64,000 nt of DNA from Octopus vulgaris. Lineage: Eukaryota. The translations under genes and the position numbers were made by a program. The notes under the pieces are model-generated. The model made no database searches, was not told the DNA's origin, and saw nothing but the letters and a program-made list of their open reading frames with translations. This document shows positions 1-13,439 of the stretch, piece after piece. Numbering within the stretch: position 1 is the stretch's first letter; each line of letters begins with the position of its first letter. The DNA is taken from the NCBI GenBank assembly GCA_951406725.2, contig OX597821.1, positions 78,802,001 to 78,866,000 on the forward strand. The letters are read 5' to 3'.

Positions 1-90
1 TGCTCTGTCACACGTTAATTTCATGAGCAGGTTTTTCCGTTGATCAGATCGACTGGAACCCTTGGCGTCGTAACCGGCGGAGTGCCACGG
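1..90 (+). mobile_element. 3' end of an interspersed repeat (same family as 5540-5838)
   Basis: ccgttgatcagatcgactggaacccttggcgtcgtaaccggcggagtgccacg matches ccgttgatctgttcaactagaacccttgtcgtcgtaaccgacggagtgccacg at ~5783-5835. Confidence 0.65.
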
Positions 91-129
91 CAGTGTATAT
101 GTTTGGACGAAGTTATATGTGTTAATGCG

Positions 130-2450
130 CGTTGCATGTGCGTGCGTATACATTGTCTGTGGTCAGGTATTGTGTTCTTGTATGGGTGTAGGAGTGTATA
201 TGTTGTGTGGAGTGTGTACTGAGTTAAACAGTGTGTGGGCTACTCGTATATTAGTATGTGGGGTACCGCTAGTGAAGATATTGTGTATGTGTGGATAATG
301 GAGTGTGATGTATGGATAATGACGTGTGATGTGGATACTGAGAAGTGTTCGATGCTAGTGTGTGTGTGGAGTGGGAAGGTGTTTGTGGGTATGTATGTAA
401 TTGTGTGTATGAAGTCAAGAATGACTGAAAAAGTGTCCGTGGGTATTTGTACAGTCGTATGTGTGTGTGTGTGGTGAGGGTATCGAAGTAGGTTGTGAAG
501 TGGTTGAATGAGGGAGGTGTGTGGGAATCCGCGTGGGGTTGGTGTCAGATGAAGAGTGATAATAACTTCAGTCCGTATGACGCAAAGGAACGGAGAGGGA
601 AGCTTAATTCTTGTTCATGGCGAAGACAGGATCCTGGGTGGTCCCTGTGTAGAGACAGTTCGAACACAGATAGATGGTGTAGCCAGTGATTGGAAGAGCA
701 GAAGTTGAGCGACACCAGAATGTCATTGTCATGTATGATATCTCGGAGGTGCTCCACGAACCGGTAACCCAAGTCTCGTCTGAGCAATGTACAGGATAGG
801 AAAGAGAGAGCAGAAGATGCAGTAAATAACATTACTGGCGGTGCAGCTAAAGGAGTCGGTGAGATGATAGGAACGGTGATGGGTGCCAGTGAGGATAATG
901 GTGTTGGAGAGGTAGAGGCAGATGTGACAGCGTGGGCAGGAGCAGGGGAAGGAGCCAGACTGAGAGGCAGTGACAGAGAAGAAACTGTGGATCGGAAGGT
1001 CATGCAGCTATGGGTTCGTTTGAAGGAAGAAAGGAAGGAAGGAAGGGATAGGTTAGGGAAGGTTACGAGGTGGAGGGGTAGAACTGGAGTCACTGGAAGG
1101 CTCGGAGAATGATGCGTTGGAGGAGCAGGGTGGAGGTGTAATAGAGGAGGGAAAACGGGAACAGGTAAGGGTGGTGCAGGTGCGAGGAGAAATGGCAGAG
1201 GTAGAAGCACAGATCTTGCCCGGGTTAGGTCTTTATGGATAATGTTGAGGGATATCCACGTGGAATGAACTAGTGAGCCATGAGTTGAGACTGAATCTCA
1301 AAGTTGTGATCGTCACAGCAGAGCCGTCGTAGACGGACGAATTGGGAGTAGTGGAAGGTGAGCTTTGGAGGGGTACAGTAGAAGGAGGAGAAGTTAGGAT
1401 ACCAGTGTGAGTAAATGTGTTTGTAGCGGATTGACGTAGCGAGAGCGGATTGTTGTATCTTGACAGAAATGTCAAGAAATTCGACGGAAGATTTAGAGAT
1501 ATTGCGGGAGAATTCGAAAGCAGGATGGAAGGAATCGACAAAGGAGAAGAACTAGTCCAGATATTCGTGGAAGAGTGAGGTCACGCCGATACAGTCATCA
1601 ATATAAAGACCGTATAGCTCAGGAGTGGAACCAGTGAATTGTGAGAATGTTTGGGCCTCAAAAAGGTTTGCATATTTGGAACCTATTCTCGTTCCCATGC
1701 CCGCTCTCGACATCTGTCGGTAAAACTCCCCTACGAACACGAAGCAATTGAGGGAGAGATCAAGTTCGGCCAACCGAAGACGTGTGGAGAAGGCTAAGGG
1801 TCTGGTCGAATGTCAAGGAAGTTTTTAAGCGCAAGAAGGCCTTCGTCGTGGGGATCATCCTATACAAAGATTTAATGTCGGGAGTGAACAGAAGTTGAGA
1901 GCGGCCAGAAGCGAAAGAGAAGAGTTAAACAGACGGAGAGCATCATTGGTGTCATGAATGTGTGAGGGAAAGGACATGGTCGAGGTGTTTGGAAAACATT
2001 TCTTTATGGCAGTTGCAGACGGAGACGATGGAGCAGCCAGGGTTATTGGGCTTGTAGATTTTGGGAAGCAAGTAATTAGTTGGGGTGCGTGGGGTAAGGA
2101 CACTGAGCTTGAAAGTGGTTGGAAGAAGACGGAAGGAGGAAATGAGATCATGAATGGTGGAGGGTATAGTCTGGTGGTCGTTAGGCGTAGGGTGGGAGGG
2201 CAGAGAATTATAGAATATTCTTGAAGTTGACGGAGAGCTTCAATCCTGTAAAGGTTTGTACTAAAACCCACCCTTTTCAACAGGTTTGTTGATGATATTT
2301 TTGTGGCGTCGGAGACATCGAAGGACCGAGAGTTCGGTCGGGGAGGAGTTGAAATGTAGAGGATGTCTACGAAAGCTGAACCGGTCCACAACACACTGAC
2401 AGATGCTTGCAAATTGATCAACTGCTTGGAACTACCAGGAGCTGGCGTCC
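130..2450 (-). mobile_element. Degenerate Penelope-like element (RT + GIY-YIG remnant, GT-rich 3' terminal region)
   Basis: Minus ORF 1552-1773 has PLE RT motifs (F..GEFYRQ..AGMGT..GSKYANLF, YIDD). The end of ORF 545-1210 resembles the GIY-YIG C-terminus (RRDLGYRFVEHL..HEQELSFPL..YGL). Many frameshifts. Confidence 0.8.
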
Positions 2451-3128
2451 AGGAGGATGTTCAGCGACCCAATGACACCTTCAATTCATCAAGATTTTAA
2501 CCGCTTGTTTCTTATAACCGACCACACCTCTTTCAACAGCAATAGCTATAATTTGTTTAATGCAAAATAAAAATATATAAGAAAACTGAAAATTGTCAAT
2601 ATGTTCCGGTGTCGATTTAAAACTTTTGTTTAACCAAGTGTATAAATACATGTGTTTTCTTTCGATTGGTTTATTTGTGAAAATCGATGGATAGAAGTGG
2701 TCATTGATTAGAAAATTAGGGAAGCAATGGCAAAAAACTGATAATTCACTTATGCTCTTGATAACAAAATATTCTGGAGAGATTGCAGAACAACAAAGAA
2801 CCTCATATTTAAAAGTCTTCAAGAAAATTGTAATATCCTTACAACAGCTTCTAGAATTAGAGTGAAAGTAAGTGTAATTTGCTCACCTATCCTTCTAAGA
2901 TTGGAAAAAAGTTTGATGATATTGTTTCAAGTAAATATATATTTCGAAGTCAGTGTAACACAAATCAGTCGGTTTCGTTAATATATGGAATGGCCATGTA
3001 CAATCCCGTTTATCCAAACTTGTAAAAAGGACCATTAAGTTGCAGAAAATACTTTTTCCAGTGAGACATTTGTATTTGGCTGAAATTCTACTTAAAAGTG
3101 ACCTTCACTAAGCAACTCTGTAACAGTC

Positions 3129-3141
3129 ATGAATTTTAAAG
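3129..3141 (+). CDS. Possible upstream coding mini-exon of gene A (MNFK-V)
   Basis: ATGAATTTTAAAG|gtaagt is a strong donor and splices in frame to the acceptor at 4607 (G|TA ATG). Candidate acceptor tttttccag at ~3061. Confidence 0.4.
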
Positions 3142-3464
3142 GTAAGTGAATTAATAATACTAGGAATCAAATAATAATACAATAATAACTGCAATTGTTT
3201 CTATAATTCTGTGTTGGAAAATACTGCCGCTTATTTATTCTCTCGTTACATTATATTTATCATTATCCTTTCGCATTTCCAAGGAGAAGCAATGAGAGAA
3301 TTAGGGAATTTTAGAAATCATGGATCGACAGATAAAGTAATTTTAATATTAAATAACGTATCTTTACGTTCTTATTTCGAATCCCACAATGTTGGTGTTT
3401 ATCTTTCATTTGTCTCTCGTGTGGTTTGTGTCTACGACAGAAATCATTACCATTTTTAAATATC

Positions 3465-3631
3465 AGTCGTTGTGTGGTATGAAGCTTGCTTCCAAATCAC
3501 ATGGTTCTGTCTTCAGTCCCACTGCGTGGAACTTCGGCAAGTGACTTCTGCTATAGCCACGGCCCGACCAAAGCCTTGTGAGTGGATTTGGTTGCCTGAA
3601 ACTGAAGGAAGCCGGTCGTATGTATACATAC

Positions 3632-3693
<62 letters not shown>

Positions 3694-3935
3694 GTATGTA
3701 TGTATTTGTATATATATACATGTATATATGTCTGTATGTTTTGTCTGTGTTTGTCCCTCCACCATCGCTTGGCAACCGATCTTGGTTTGTTTACGCCCCC
3801 GTAACATAGCAGTTCGGCAAAAGAGGCCGATAGAATAAGTACTAGGTTTAAAAAGAATACGTCCTGTGACCGATTTGTTCAACTAAAGGCGGTGCTCCAG
3901 CATCGCCACAGTCAAAGGATTGAAATGATTAAAAG
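3465..3935 (+). mobile_element. tRNA-derived SINE with internal (TA)n
   Basis: Homologous along its length to the better copy at 39876-40280. Confidence 0.85.
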
Positions 3936-3989
3936 AAATAATAAATAAACAAAAATAATGCAATAAATGAGAAAATTAGTTAGTCTCTC

Positions 3990-4200
3990 GAAATAAATAC
4001 CTCTATCTAGTCTCTGTTCGATTTTCCCTTTCATATCTAAAGGTTTAAATTTATCCGACCTTAAATCCAAATTTACATCTAGAACATCTACACTTTTTAG
4101 GTTAGTATCTATCGTAACCCGTAAGCCCATCCTTTGGAAGAAAGCAATAAGTTCCTTCCTAAGTTTATCTGATTCATGGCCGTTTAAATTTTTAATTTTT
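3990..4200 (-). mobile_element. Penelope-like RT fragment
   Basis: Translation GLRVTIDTNLKSVDVLDVNLDL..KFKP resembles the PLE RT motif (V.FLDV.LDL). Confidence 0.55.
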
Positions 4201-4606
4201 AATGTATTAATTGTATTAATCGAATTATATTTCTATATAATTGACACTATGTATTTTGAATCGCTGTTTGATTTTAAGGTTGTTCCTCGATTTTTATAAT
4301 TTATAATTTATATTGAATTCATTTATTTTGTTTATCGCATACTTAAGACATTTATTTGAAAGGACCAATAAAAAAAATACATGGTGTATCCTTTAACTAG
4401 TTTTGATCAAACTGTTATTTCTATTCTATTTTAACAAAAACTGTCCAACGAACGGGAACGTAAAAGTCTGAGTAACAGCTTTTGTTATACTTTCTTCCTA
4501 TTTCTTCTGCTTTTAAATAAAGCGTATAACTCTACCTCTGGTATTCGAGTACTCTTTTTTCCACCTTGTTTCACATTTATGTGTTTACTGTATCTATATT
4601 TTTCAG

Positions 4607-4936
4607 TAATGAAAATGTCAAATCAATCCCATTTGATTCTCAGTCGACTGCAAGTATTCACAATTATTTTTATCGCGATTTTGAGAACTGGTGCATCAAA
4701 CGATGACGGGCAACTTTTTAGGAAAACAACGGAGTCAAAATGCTTGAGGCTTCATACTACACGAACCGAATATACGACATCCGTCACAGAATGTGCATTA
4801 CGGTGTATGATGAATGAGAAGTGTGGTTACTTCAGTTATTGTAATGGGCCATGCAAAATGTATGAATTGTTCTACAACGAAGATATTTACGATATTACCT
4901 GCGACTGTTTATCTTATGTAAGGTTCTCGGGAAACA
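4607..4936 (+). CDS. Gene A exon 1: signal peptide + PAN/Apple-like 8-Cys module
   Basis: Acceptor tttttcag|, ATG at 4609, hydrophobic N-terminus, C-x16-C-x3-C-x5-C-x5-C-x3-C-x15-C-x-C, phase-1 donor A|gtgagt. Paralogous to 42771-43094. Confidence 0.88.
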
Positions 4937-5539
4937 GTGAGTAAATCAAGTTTTTACTTGTGTTTTATTTATCATTTGTTTTTGTTTCTTTTTGTCTTCC
5001 ATTTCCACCATTAACCGCTTGCAATATATTTAACCACCTGACTATTGCACATTCGTGAAATTCTTTGTTTTGTATTAAACGAAATATGGGAGCGAAAAAC
5101 AGGCAGGATTAGTACAAACAGCGATCAAGATACATTGCAACGCCTAGCGAAGTCCTTTTTATCATTCAAATTCTGCCAAACTCGTTATCGTTGTGTCCTT
5201 CCTTTTAGGGAGTATAAAGTAAATACACATATATGCGGTGGTCCGGATGAAAGATTATATCCTCTTTCCAAGTGTATGTCTTTGTGTCCACATTAGAAAT
5301 TGATATTGGATAAGATATTTCCGTTTAAAATAAACAAGGAAATCGGGCACATCGAATATAGAGGGCAGTTTCCGTAGCTATACTTTGGAAATAAATGGAA
5401 TGCCTGGTGTGTGTGTCTCGTTATAGCTACTCCTTTTACCTCTGTTCCTCATTTCGCCATTCTTTCTTTTCGTCTCTGAGATTGCTACACGATAAACGAG
5501 TGTCAGTTTAAGGTTATAGATACTATTTATATAGATAAT

Positions 5540-5838
5540 AGACCGGGCGATGTAAGTGTTTACTGAGCGAAAACACCTAAAGCTTCACAAGGCTCCGATA
5601 GGAGGTAGTGGCGAACCCTGCTGTTATCTTTCGCCACAACTTTCTCTCACCCTTTCTTCCTATTTCTTTTGTACCCGTATTTCAAGGGGTCAGCCTTGTC
5701 ATACTCTATGTCACGCTGAATCTCCCTCGAGAACTATGTTAAATGTACATGTGTCTATGGAGTGCTCAACCACTTGCATGTTCCGTTGATCTGTTCAACT
5801 AGAACCCTTGTCGTCGTAACCGACGGAGTGCCACGACA
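5540..5838 (+). mobile_element. Short interspersed repeat
   Basis: 3' part repeated at 1-90. Confidence 0.55.
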
Positions 5839-7099
5839 TATAGATACTATGTTTCACACACATACATTATACATGCACTTTCTCCACACATGGGGTAGAT
5901 CAGGTTTCCATGAACAGAGACCCTGAAAATATAATCAGAACATAAGCATTAAACATAGCAAGAGAAAGGCATTAAAAGAAAGCCATGGGAATTAATACCA
6001 ATACGAACCCTTCTAACCTTTGATTATCTCACGTATTTACCGCATACATACAGTATTCCTGAAACTATATCTTCTTTTTATTGTCCTCAGATACGGTGTA
6101 TTCTTTACAATGCCCAAAGAAGACCCACTTAGTCCATTTCTAAATTTTCTAAAAGGTGTCACTATTAGGACAAGGAAAGGATTTATATAAACATGTCCTT
6201 CTCTATGCTTGCAATCTTAGAGAAACATATGATTAAACAAATGTACCTTACTATTTGTGCTTTTGCAGTTCAGTGTTCTTCACAAAACTAGTCTAGTTTC
6301 TGGTTTACAACTCCATTGCTCAAGAGCTAAACGACTAAACTAAAGCCCTTGAAGTAGCGATGGGGACCAGGTGTCAAAATCCCAGATAATATCACGTGAC
6401 ATTTTCACATGTTTAAATTTGGCAATGCTCTGTCCCAAAGCATGTAATGTTTCTTGACATTCAAGAAATAATTCAGTTCTAGCAAGTTATTAATTCTCTA
6501 CAGAACACCAATAAGACAAGGGCTTTGTTGCTCACATTTATTAAACGGTTTTCTTGCGATATTCACAAAATATCCAAGACGGCAACCAAAAGAAGGTTAT
6601 CCGACTGACTTACAGTTATTCAGGACATTTGTAATGCTTTAATCAGTTATAATACTCCAAGAAGTCAATGACTTATTTTCCACAAAATTAATTCTTCAAT
6701 ATACGCGATATTATAACAAAGCAGTTCTTTTAAAGAAAGTTAAAAGGTAGTTTCCCATTAAGGTTCGAACTCACGGCTATAACCAGTTATATAATTAATA
6801 TTAATAAATCATCCAGTTTACACATACATGTCTTCTCTGATTTATTCTCTAAACTATTGCAGTTTTCTACAGCAATCGGAGTACACTTTTGTACATCCAA
6901 TTAGTGATTTGTTCATTATAATTTAGGAAAGTGCGTACAACATCATACGTCGCTAATGAAGTGCTAAACAAACCGTAAATTGTTAGGGTTTTACTTTCGT
7001 TCTTTCAAAAATAATCTTAAATATTCAAAAACTAATATATTTTCCTCCACAGCCTAATAATTTCTCGTTAAAAGTTTTTAATGTTCCTACCTTAAATAT

Positions 7100-7220
7100 A
7101 TTCTTTTCTACTCTAGGCACAAGGCCCGAAGTTTTGGGGGAGGGGGCCAGTCGATTAGATATATCCCAGTACATATCTGGTACTTAATTTATCTATCCCG
7201 AGAGGATGAAAGGCGAAGTT
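7100..7220 (-). mobile_element. SINE 3' fragment
   Basis: Reverse complement resembles the gtcgactttcc..gataaattaagtatcagt..actggggtcgat segment at 29466-29540. Confidence 0.55.
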
Positions 7221-7842
7221 TATACCATAAACAGAATAACACTAAACGAACAACTGCTTTTCATGCAGATGGGGTCTATAGGACTTGTTTTCCTTTTTCC
7301 ATTTTTACTAACGACTTCTATCCTAATAATGTGTATCATAACTCTTTCAATAAAATATTTCATCGATTTAATTTAATGCGTCATAAGGCCATGCTTTCCC
7401 AAGTCGGTCGATCTGCTAAAAACATCAGAAAAATCACCTTCAAATTATATCGTGTCATCTTGAAAAGGACGGTACACATCGGATTGTGCTAGATAGAAAA
7501 TATATGAGAGATAGACGAGTTAATCATGGCCCGAACAACTTTTCCTATAAGACTTCTCAATCAGGGTTGAATTGGTGCTAAGTAGCAACAATACTAACAA
7601 CGTTCTAAAATTTTCTTTAAATATGAAATTCTGGAATATGTGAAATAGGAACTGAAAATCAAAAAATCGAGATGAATCTGGAGAAAACTAATTGCAAATA
7701 TCATAATTTCTAAATCCTTGCAGTAATTTTCACTGCCTCGTATGACATGTTAATATATTGGTTTTAAAATCTTGGTAAAATTTACTTTAAAATCTCGTCT
7801 CTTCCTTTACAGTGAAAATGTACTTATTTATTACTCATGCAG

Positions 7843-7934
7843 GTACAAGCTGGCAGAAGGTATTTGAGATAAACAAAAGCTCATTTAAAAGGAGTCCTAT
7901 TTATAAATACTGGGAAAATTTGCCAATTGAAATG
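7843..7934 (+). CDS. Gene A exon 2 (STSWQKVFEINKSSFKRSPIYKYWENLPIEM)
   Basis: catgcag| and |gtaata; 92 nt, phase 1 to 0; 26/31 aa identical to 48120-48211. Confidence 0.9.
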
Positions 7935-8509
7935 GTAATACATTTAAAAAATTTCCAAATGGTTGTCATTTAATGAACAGTCTTCATATGGTTGGTCCGT
8001 TATATTGGAAGATATTTCCATCTTTTCATGTCAATATCGTAATAGCGTATGTAATATATTGTCTCAAAATTGCTGATGTTGTTGTTGTTTAAACCTTGTG
8101 GTCTAGTAAGTTCCAGTTTTGACTCGTGTCTTGTTTTGAAATTAGTCTTTCTATACCGTTTGCTTCGGCACGCATACACGGAGTCAAGGCACAAATAATC
8201 ACTCACATAAGCGCATGCGTCCACAAACACCCTTCTTTGATTATTTCTATTTGAGAGAAAGCTCAAAGATAGCTAATGGCAAAGGCTTACTAAATAAAAC
8301 GTTCGACTAACAAGGTAACCCCTATGTGATCATTTTATTAACAGGGAATAGCAGTCAAATCCGCCACAAATCATAATGCATCTATCTACAGGGTACCGTT
8401 CTCTGAGACGCAATATTTTGAGAAAACGAGAAGACTGGAAGCTCTTTCATTATGTCATTTCTCACGAAGGATGATTAGGATTGAATGAAAACTACGATAG
8501 CTGAGAGTC

Positions 8510-9250
8510 AAAATCGTTAGACTGTAGGGTATTGCTTCCGACTTTTTATGTTCTGGGTTCAAATACCATCGGTGTCAAAAGTAAAGTTTCCCTAATCAGG
8601 GTCGAGATAATAATGTACCGGTCAAGTGCTAGATTAGATTTAGTCAATAAACCCAACTCCAAGATTTGTGAATTTGTAGAATCGTTACAGTATTCTGCTT
8701 TTTACTTACGTTTTGAGTTGAAATTCCGGCAGAGCCAACATTAACTTTTATCCTTTCGAGGTCGATAAAGTAAAGTACCAGTGAAGTACAAGAATTGATT
8801 TAATCGACAAACCCCCACCTCGAAGGTTAGGGAATTTGTAGAATCGTTAACACAGAGGACAAAATAGCATTTAATCTTTTTTACGTTCTGAGGCATATGC
8901 ATCATAAACATGTGTGCATAAACAGCACATCGACTTGCAGGTGGAGCCCACTTAGAATTTTCTTTGGGTAGAATAGCCCACACCGCTCAGAAGGTACCTG
9001 AAAAAGGTTTGTTTCATGATGATGAAGAAAACACGCATGTTTCCAGAAGTGAATTATTCAAACCCCAAAGAATTCACCCCAACACATGGCCGTGACGCTC
9101 TCTCACTACTACTCCTCGTTATCAGAAATGCTCATATAGTCATTCACTAAATGACGTGCTCAACTGGTTAAAGTCAAGCAATTCTGCAGTACTAAGCAGA
9201 AAATTTGCTCTAGCCCATCTTTCACACAAGACTTCTGATCAGTGAATATT
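8510..9250 (+). mobile_element. Cluster of degenerate SINE fragments plus a copy of the ~550-bp repeat seen at 29580 and 31910
   Basis: Repeated aatcgtta..ttcaaat..gataaa..gtacc..gtcaag motifs. 8900-9250 aligns to 29690-30040. Confidence 0.6.
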
Positions 9251-10586
9251 AGAAGGCATGAGAATCACTGTAGCACTGCAGCAGGGGATTTATTATCATC
9301 ATCATCACCATTGGATTGATAGAAACACAAAAGCGTTGAACGCATTTCTTTACCGTATTTAATTACGGCTTTTTTAACAGTAAGCTCATATCACACCGAG
9401 ATCAACTTAGCCTTCTATTACACCAAGATGGATAAAATAATACACCAAGTCATTAAGATGAGGAATTCATAGAGAGCAACATAGCCAGGAGGATCTCATA
9501 TCAAACATTGTCGAGTATTTTCTGATTTTTATGGGTGACAGAAAAGCTTTTGGTTGTGAAATGCTCAGTGGCCTGAAACAAATTTTATGTGGTTTTGAAG
9601 GTAACTCTATAGGTTTAACTCAACAAAAGACGTACTGTTGGTCACTAAGAGGACTGGGGGAGAAAGAAATACAAATGGTGACATAGAATATAACTGTTCT
9701 TTATTGTTTGCATGATTTCTGAGATCCTGGAAGTAAGAGTCTTTCGACGATAGTTAGCAGGCTGGTTCCCACGAAGAGATGTCTCTTTTTGAGAAGGGTA
9801 ATCCTCGTTATTCCTATCACTTCTAGCAGACATTCAGTCGACTGTTCTTATTGTTAATCCTTCCATTTTAAATCACCAAAATATAATTGTTATTTTCTCT
9901 CGTAAAATCATTATTTTCCTTGTTTTGAAGTGAATGTGATGTGTGGAAAAGAGGAAAACCATATGAAATACCTCACAAATGAAGGCTTCTGGCTGAGCCT
10001 CATCAGAAGTACATCAAACCCTTAGGAAACATTGATGTGAGAAATTTTAAGATACTAGACAAATAGATTTTGGAGGGTATTAACAAATATTCCGAGAAAA
10101 AAAGACAGGGAAATTAATTTTCTCCACATTTTTATTTTGTTTCCAACTATATAAATGTGCATTGCTCGAGGTCAGAATGGAAGCAGGTATACCTGTTCCA
10201 TGACCTCAGGTTTCTGCACTAAGAGGTCGTAGCAATCAGTGAAACCAGAATATTCGAGGCGTAATTTCCTGTCCCCCTTCTGAGAGACTGATGCCTGCGG
10301 CACATTCGGTCGTTCTGGATCAAAGACTGGGAACCTATTGTTAGGGTGCCTAGTGGGATAATCTATAGTTTCTGTGATACTTTGGTGGATGGAATTAGCT
10401 ATTATGCTTGACGCTCTTCACTAACCTACTCGCGATTTCTTACCGAGAATAGCACAATAATTTGAAACATTACATATAAACTCAGTGATTTCATTAAACA
10501 GAACTGATTGTCGTAAATACAGACGTAAAGTATTTCATTATGATGAACGTTAATTGAATGCATCAACGGTAATATATTATTTTCAG

Positions 10587-10690
10587 TCAGGAGGTTATTG
10601 CCATCAGGCCAAGTGGTCAATATGGTGCGCTGAAAGCAGGCAAGCGTCAAGGTACTGGATATTATATTCGTTACAGAGAGGACGTGTCTG
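10587..10690 (+). CDS. Gene A exon homologous to gene B exon 4 (QEVIAIRPSGQYGALKAGKRQGTGYYIRYREDVS); alternative acceptor gives a start at 10591
   Basis: tattttcag|tcag| acceptors, phase-1 donor G|gtaata. 14/34 aa identical to 63855-63964, and the upstream intron is clearly homologous. Confidence 0.8.
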
Positions 10691-10989
10691 GTAATATATT
10701 TCTTTTTGTTTTCTGCAAATGGTTGTATATATGTGTCTGTATATATATTCATGAATACATGTACAGATGTGTGTGCGTGTGTATGTGTGTGTGTGCGTGC
10801 GTGTTCTGAGATTGTACGCTTCCACTTGTTACTTATTTATTGATAAATAAGGAAGGTGGGGCCTGATTTTAAATAAACAAAGTAAAGCACAACTGGAATT
10901 TGGATGACAACAGTAATTATTACAAATTGCTCTTTAAAGAAAAGTCCTATTTACAGATTGTATCTGGTAACGTTCATGTTAGCCAGTCT

Positions 10990-11200
10990 GGTTTCATTTA
11001 CTTGAAAATATCAGCTTTTTCAATTTGCCGCTTCGACATTTACTAACATAACCAAGTGCTCCAATCATTATTGATATAAATGTGAATTTATCATCAAGGT
11101 AGATATCTACTGGTTCGGCAGTAGCTGTCCTTAGGTATTCACTTTTTTCGTGGATTTTGGAAGATATTTTCACCTCCATGATTACAAACGACATTAACCT
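10990..11200 (-). mobile_element. RLE LINE C-terminal remnant
   Basis: FISIMIGALGYV resembles the IPVIVGALG motif of the RLE LINEs in this window. Confidence 0.5.
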
Positions 11201-11828
11201 TTTCTAATAAGTTTGATTCTTCAACTTATCTCCAACGTTTTCTTAACAATCTCATTTCTAGACCTTCTCTCTTAATTTCCCCTTACATCACACAGCGTAA
11301 TAACCCTTTAATTAATGCAATTGTACAGTTTGTCCCGTATAAAGCGCGTCTGTCTGCGGTGACAGTTTTGCCTCTAGCTTCCGCTTCAGTATTTCTATTT
11401 ATAAATATATCATTGTAACCAAACTTCATTCCATACGAGTTCATAACTGCTTGCATCTCTTATAAGCACACTTTATGCTTACGAATGCCAGTTGTTCTGT
11501 GAAAATTTATGTCAATATACATTAAAACGATTAAGTAATGTTTTATTCAGCATTACTTACACATTTGTAATACCATATTATTCCTATTCACTTCACATAT
11601 ACATATTTATAAGCGCGCTCACACACACAAACGCATAAGCGTACATATATATGTGTGTATGTGTATATATATATGCACCTAACGTGCAATATATGGGTTC
11701 ATGGAATCCTGTAGGGACTACACAAGTGGTCTTCTAATTTACTCCACGTCTGGTTTAGTCCAGATTTCCAAGTGGAAAACGTGGATGAGACGACAAGCAG
11801 GGTGGGTTACAAAAGGAGTCATACATAC

Positions 11829-11941
<113 letters not shown>

Positions 11942-12079
11942 TGGGGAGTGAGTACATCTGAAACCGCAGTTGGATTGCATTAATCTTTACTGCCCCCCAT
12001 GAAATTACGTATGCAACTTCGATGCGTGCTCCAAGACATGAAGAGATGAAACCCGCTCGATGAACTAGAGCAACTCGGT

Positions 12080-12330
12080 ATTTCAGGTGAATGTCAAATC
12101 GTCGGAACCATTCAGTATTATGCGCTCAGTCCGCCAAGATGGTCTCTTTCTTGTCTCTTTCGTACGTACGGACTCTGACGTCACTGCAAGATATAATGGA
12201 GAGGTTAAGGAGCATCCTGCACGAAAACGTGAAAGAACAATGTCGAAATTCACGGATGAGATTGCCGCTATCATGTCAGACACTATGACGGGAGATACTC
12301 CTGATCAACACTAGTCTAAGATTATACGAT
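12080..12330 (+). mobile_element. L1/Tx1-like RT fragment
   Basis: QVNVKSSEPFSIMRSVRQDG resembles vNG..S..F...RSVRQGCPLS. Confidence 0.5.
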
Positions 12331-13439
12331 GCGCTGTCTGGAGAAAAAAATCAGTCAAGTCTGTTTAATGGGCCTACAGGTGCTAGCCACCTGGGCAGGT
12401 AGGTCCTTGCCGTCTACGACCCAATAGTGTCGGGATTCTGTACATACGGACCGGTTCAGTTATACGGTGCTCGGTTTGGTTTGGTCCAGATTTCCAAGTG
12501 GAGAAAAACGTGGACGAGACGAGATGCAAGTTGGTCAGCTTCAACCAATAATAAACCTAAGGAAAGCTATCCTTGAAAGTTTAGTGGAATTGATATTGCG
12601 AATGCATACTTGGCCTTCGTCGTATATCTCGTATGAGCTTCGTACTTTGCTCCAATTCACCTCTAGCCGAACTGGAATTCCTACTCTCCTGTATTCTGTA
12701 AAAGTGACGCGTCAGCCACTCCATGTTTTGTCAATACCAGTTCCATGGAGGACTGGGCATGTCTTGGGGTCGATTTGCTCCACTAAAAACGGTGCTCCAG
12801 CATGGCCGAAGTCAAATGACTGAAACAAATAAAAGAATAAATGTATATTCACTTGTTTATTTATCTATAATCTATCTGACTGGTTTATAACAAAATTCCA
12901 GAGAGGTTCCCATCCCAACCAACGTCGTTTCACGTAAAACTTAAATATTGCAACGTGCCAGAATATTCTGGAATCCATATCAACCACTATTCGTGAGTTT
13001 CCTTTAAAATGTATTATAATTGGAAATCACCTTAAGATAAGGTACCTGAAATGCAACAAGGTATATTTTGCTTGTTTATTGACAGGCAGCGAAGGTGAAA
13101 CTAGTACAGCTAACTCTGGTTTTGCTAATAATATGACGCATTCGATTAATGACATTTTCAAAGGTTTTTGGAAGTTCTTTCTAATTCCTTTTTAAATTCT
13201 CCTTCTCAAATATGTATTTTCTTTAAGGTTTGTATATCTTTCATTTCAACGACGATGCAGCTTTTGTATACAACCACAATCAACATTTTATTTGGTTTAA
13301 TTTTTTTTTTTTTTTGTTTTGCATTTCAGTCAGAAACGCTAGGCTTCCACTTGACGCTCTGGATATCTACACATTATTGAAGTAGAATTTATATTATTCT
13401 TGGAATTACTTATGTTAATATGTGTATGCATGTGTGTGC

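Noticed and set aside
10900-10965. SLKKSPIY similarity to exon 2
   Set aside because: Short AT-rich match without splice sites; probably chance
13086-13194. Candidate last exon of gene A (gacag|GC AGC GAA..TAA, phase 1)
   Set aside because: Phase-compatible, but there is no paralogous exon in the window to support it; an alternative at 10957 is equally unproven
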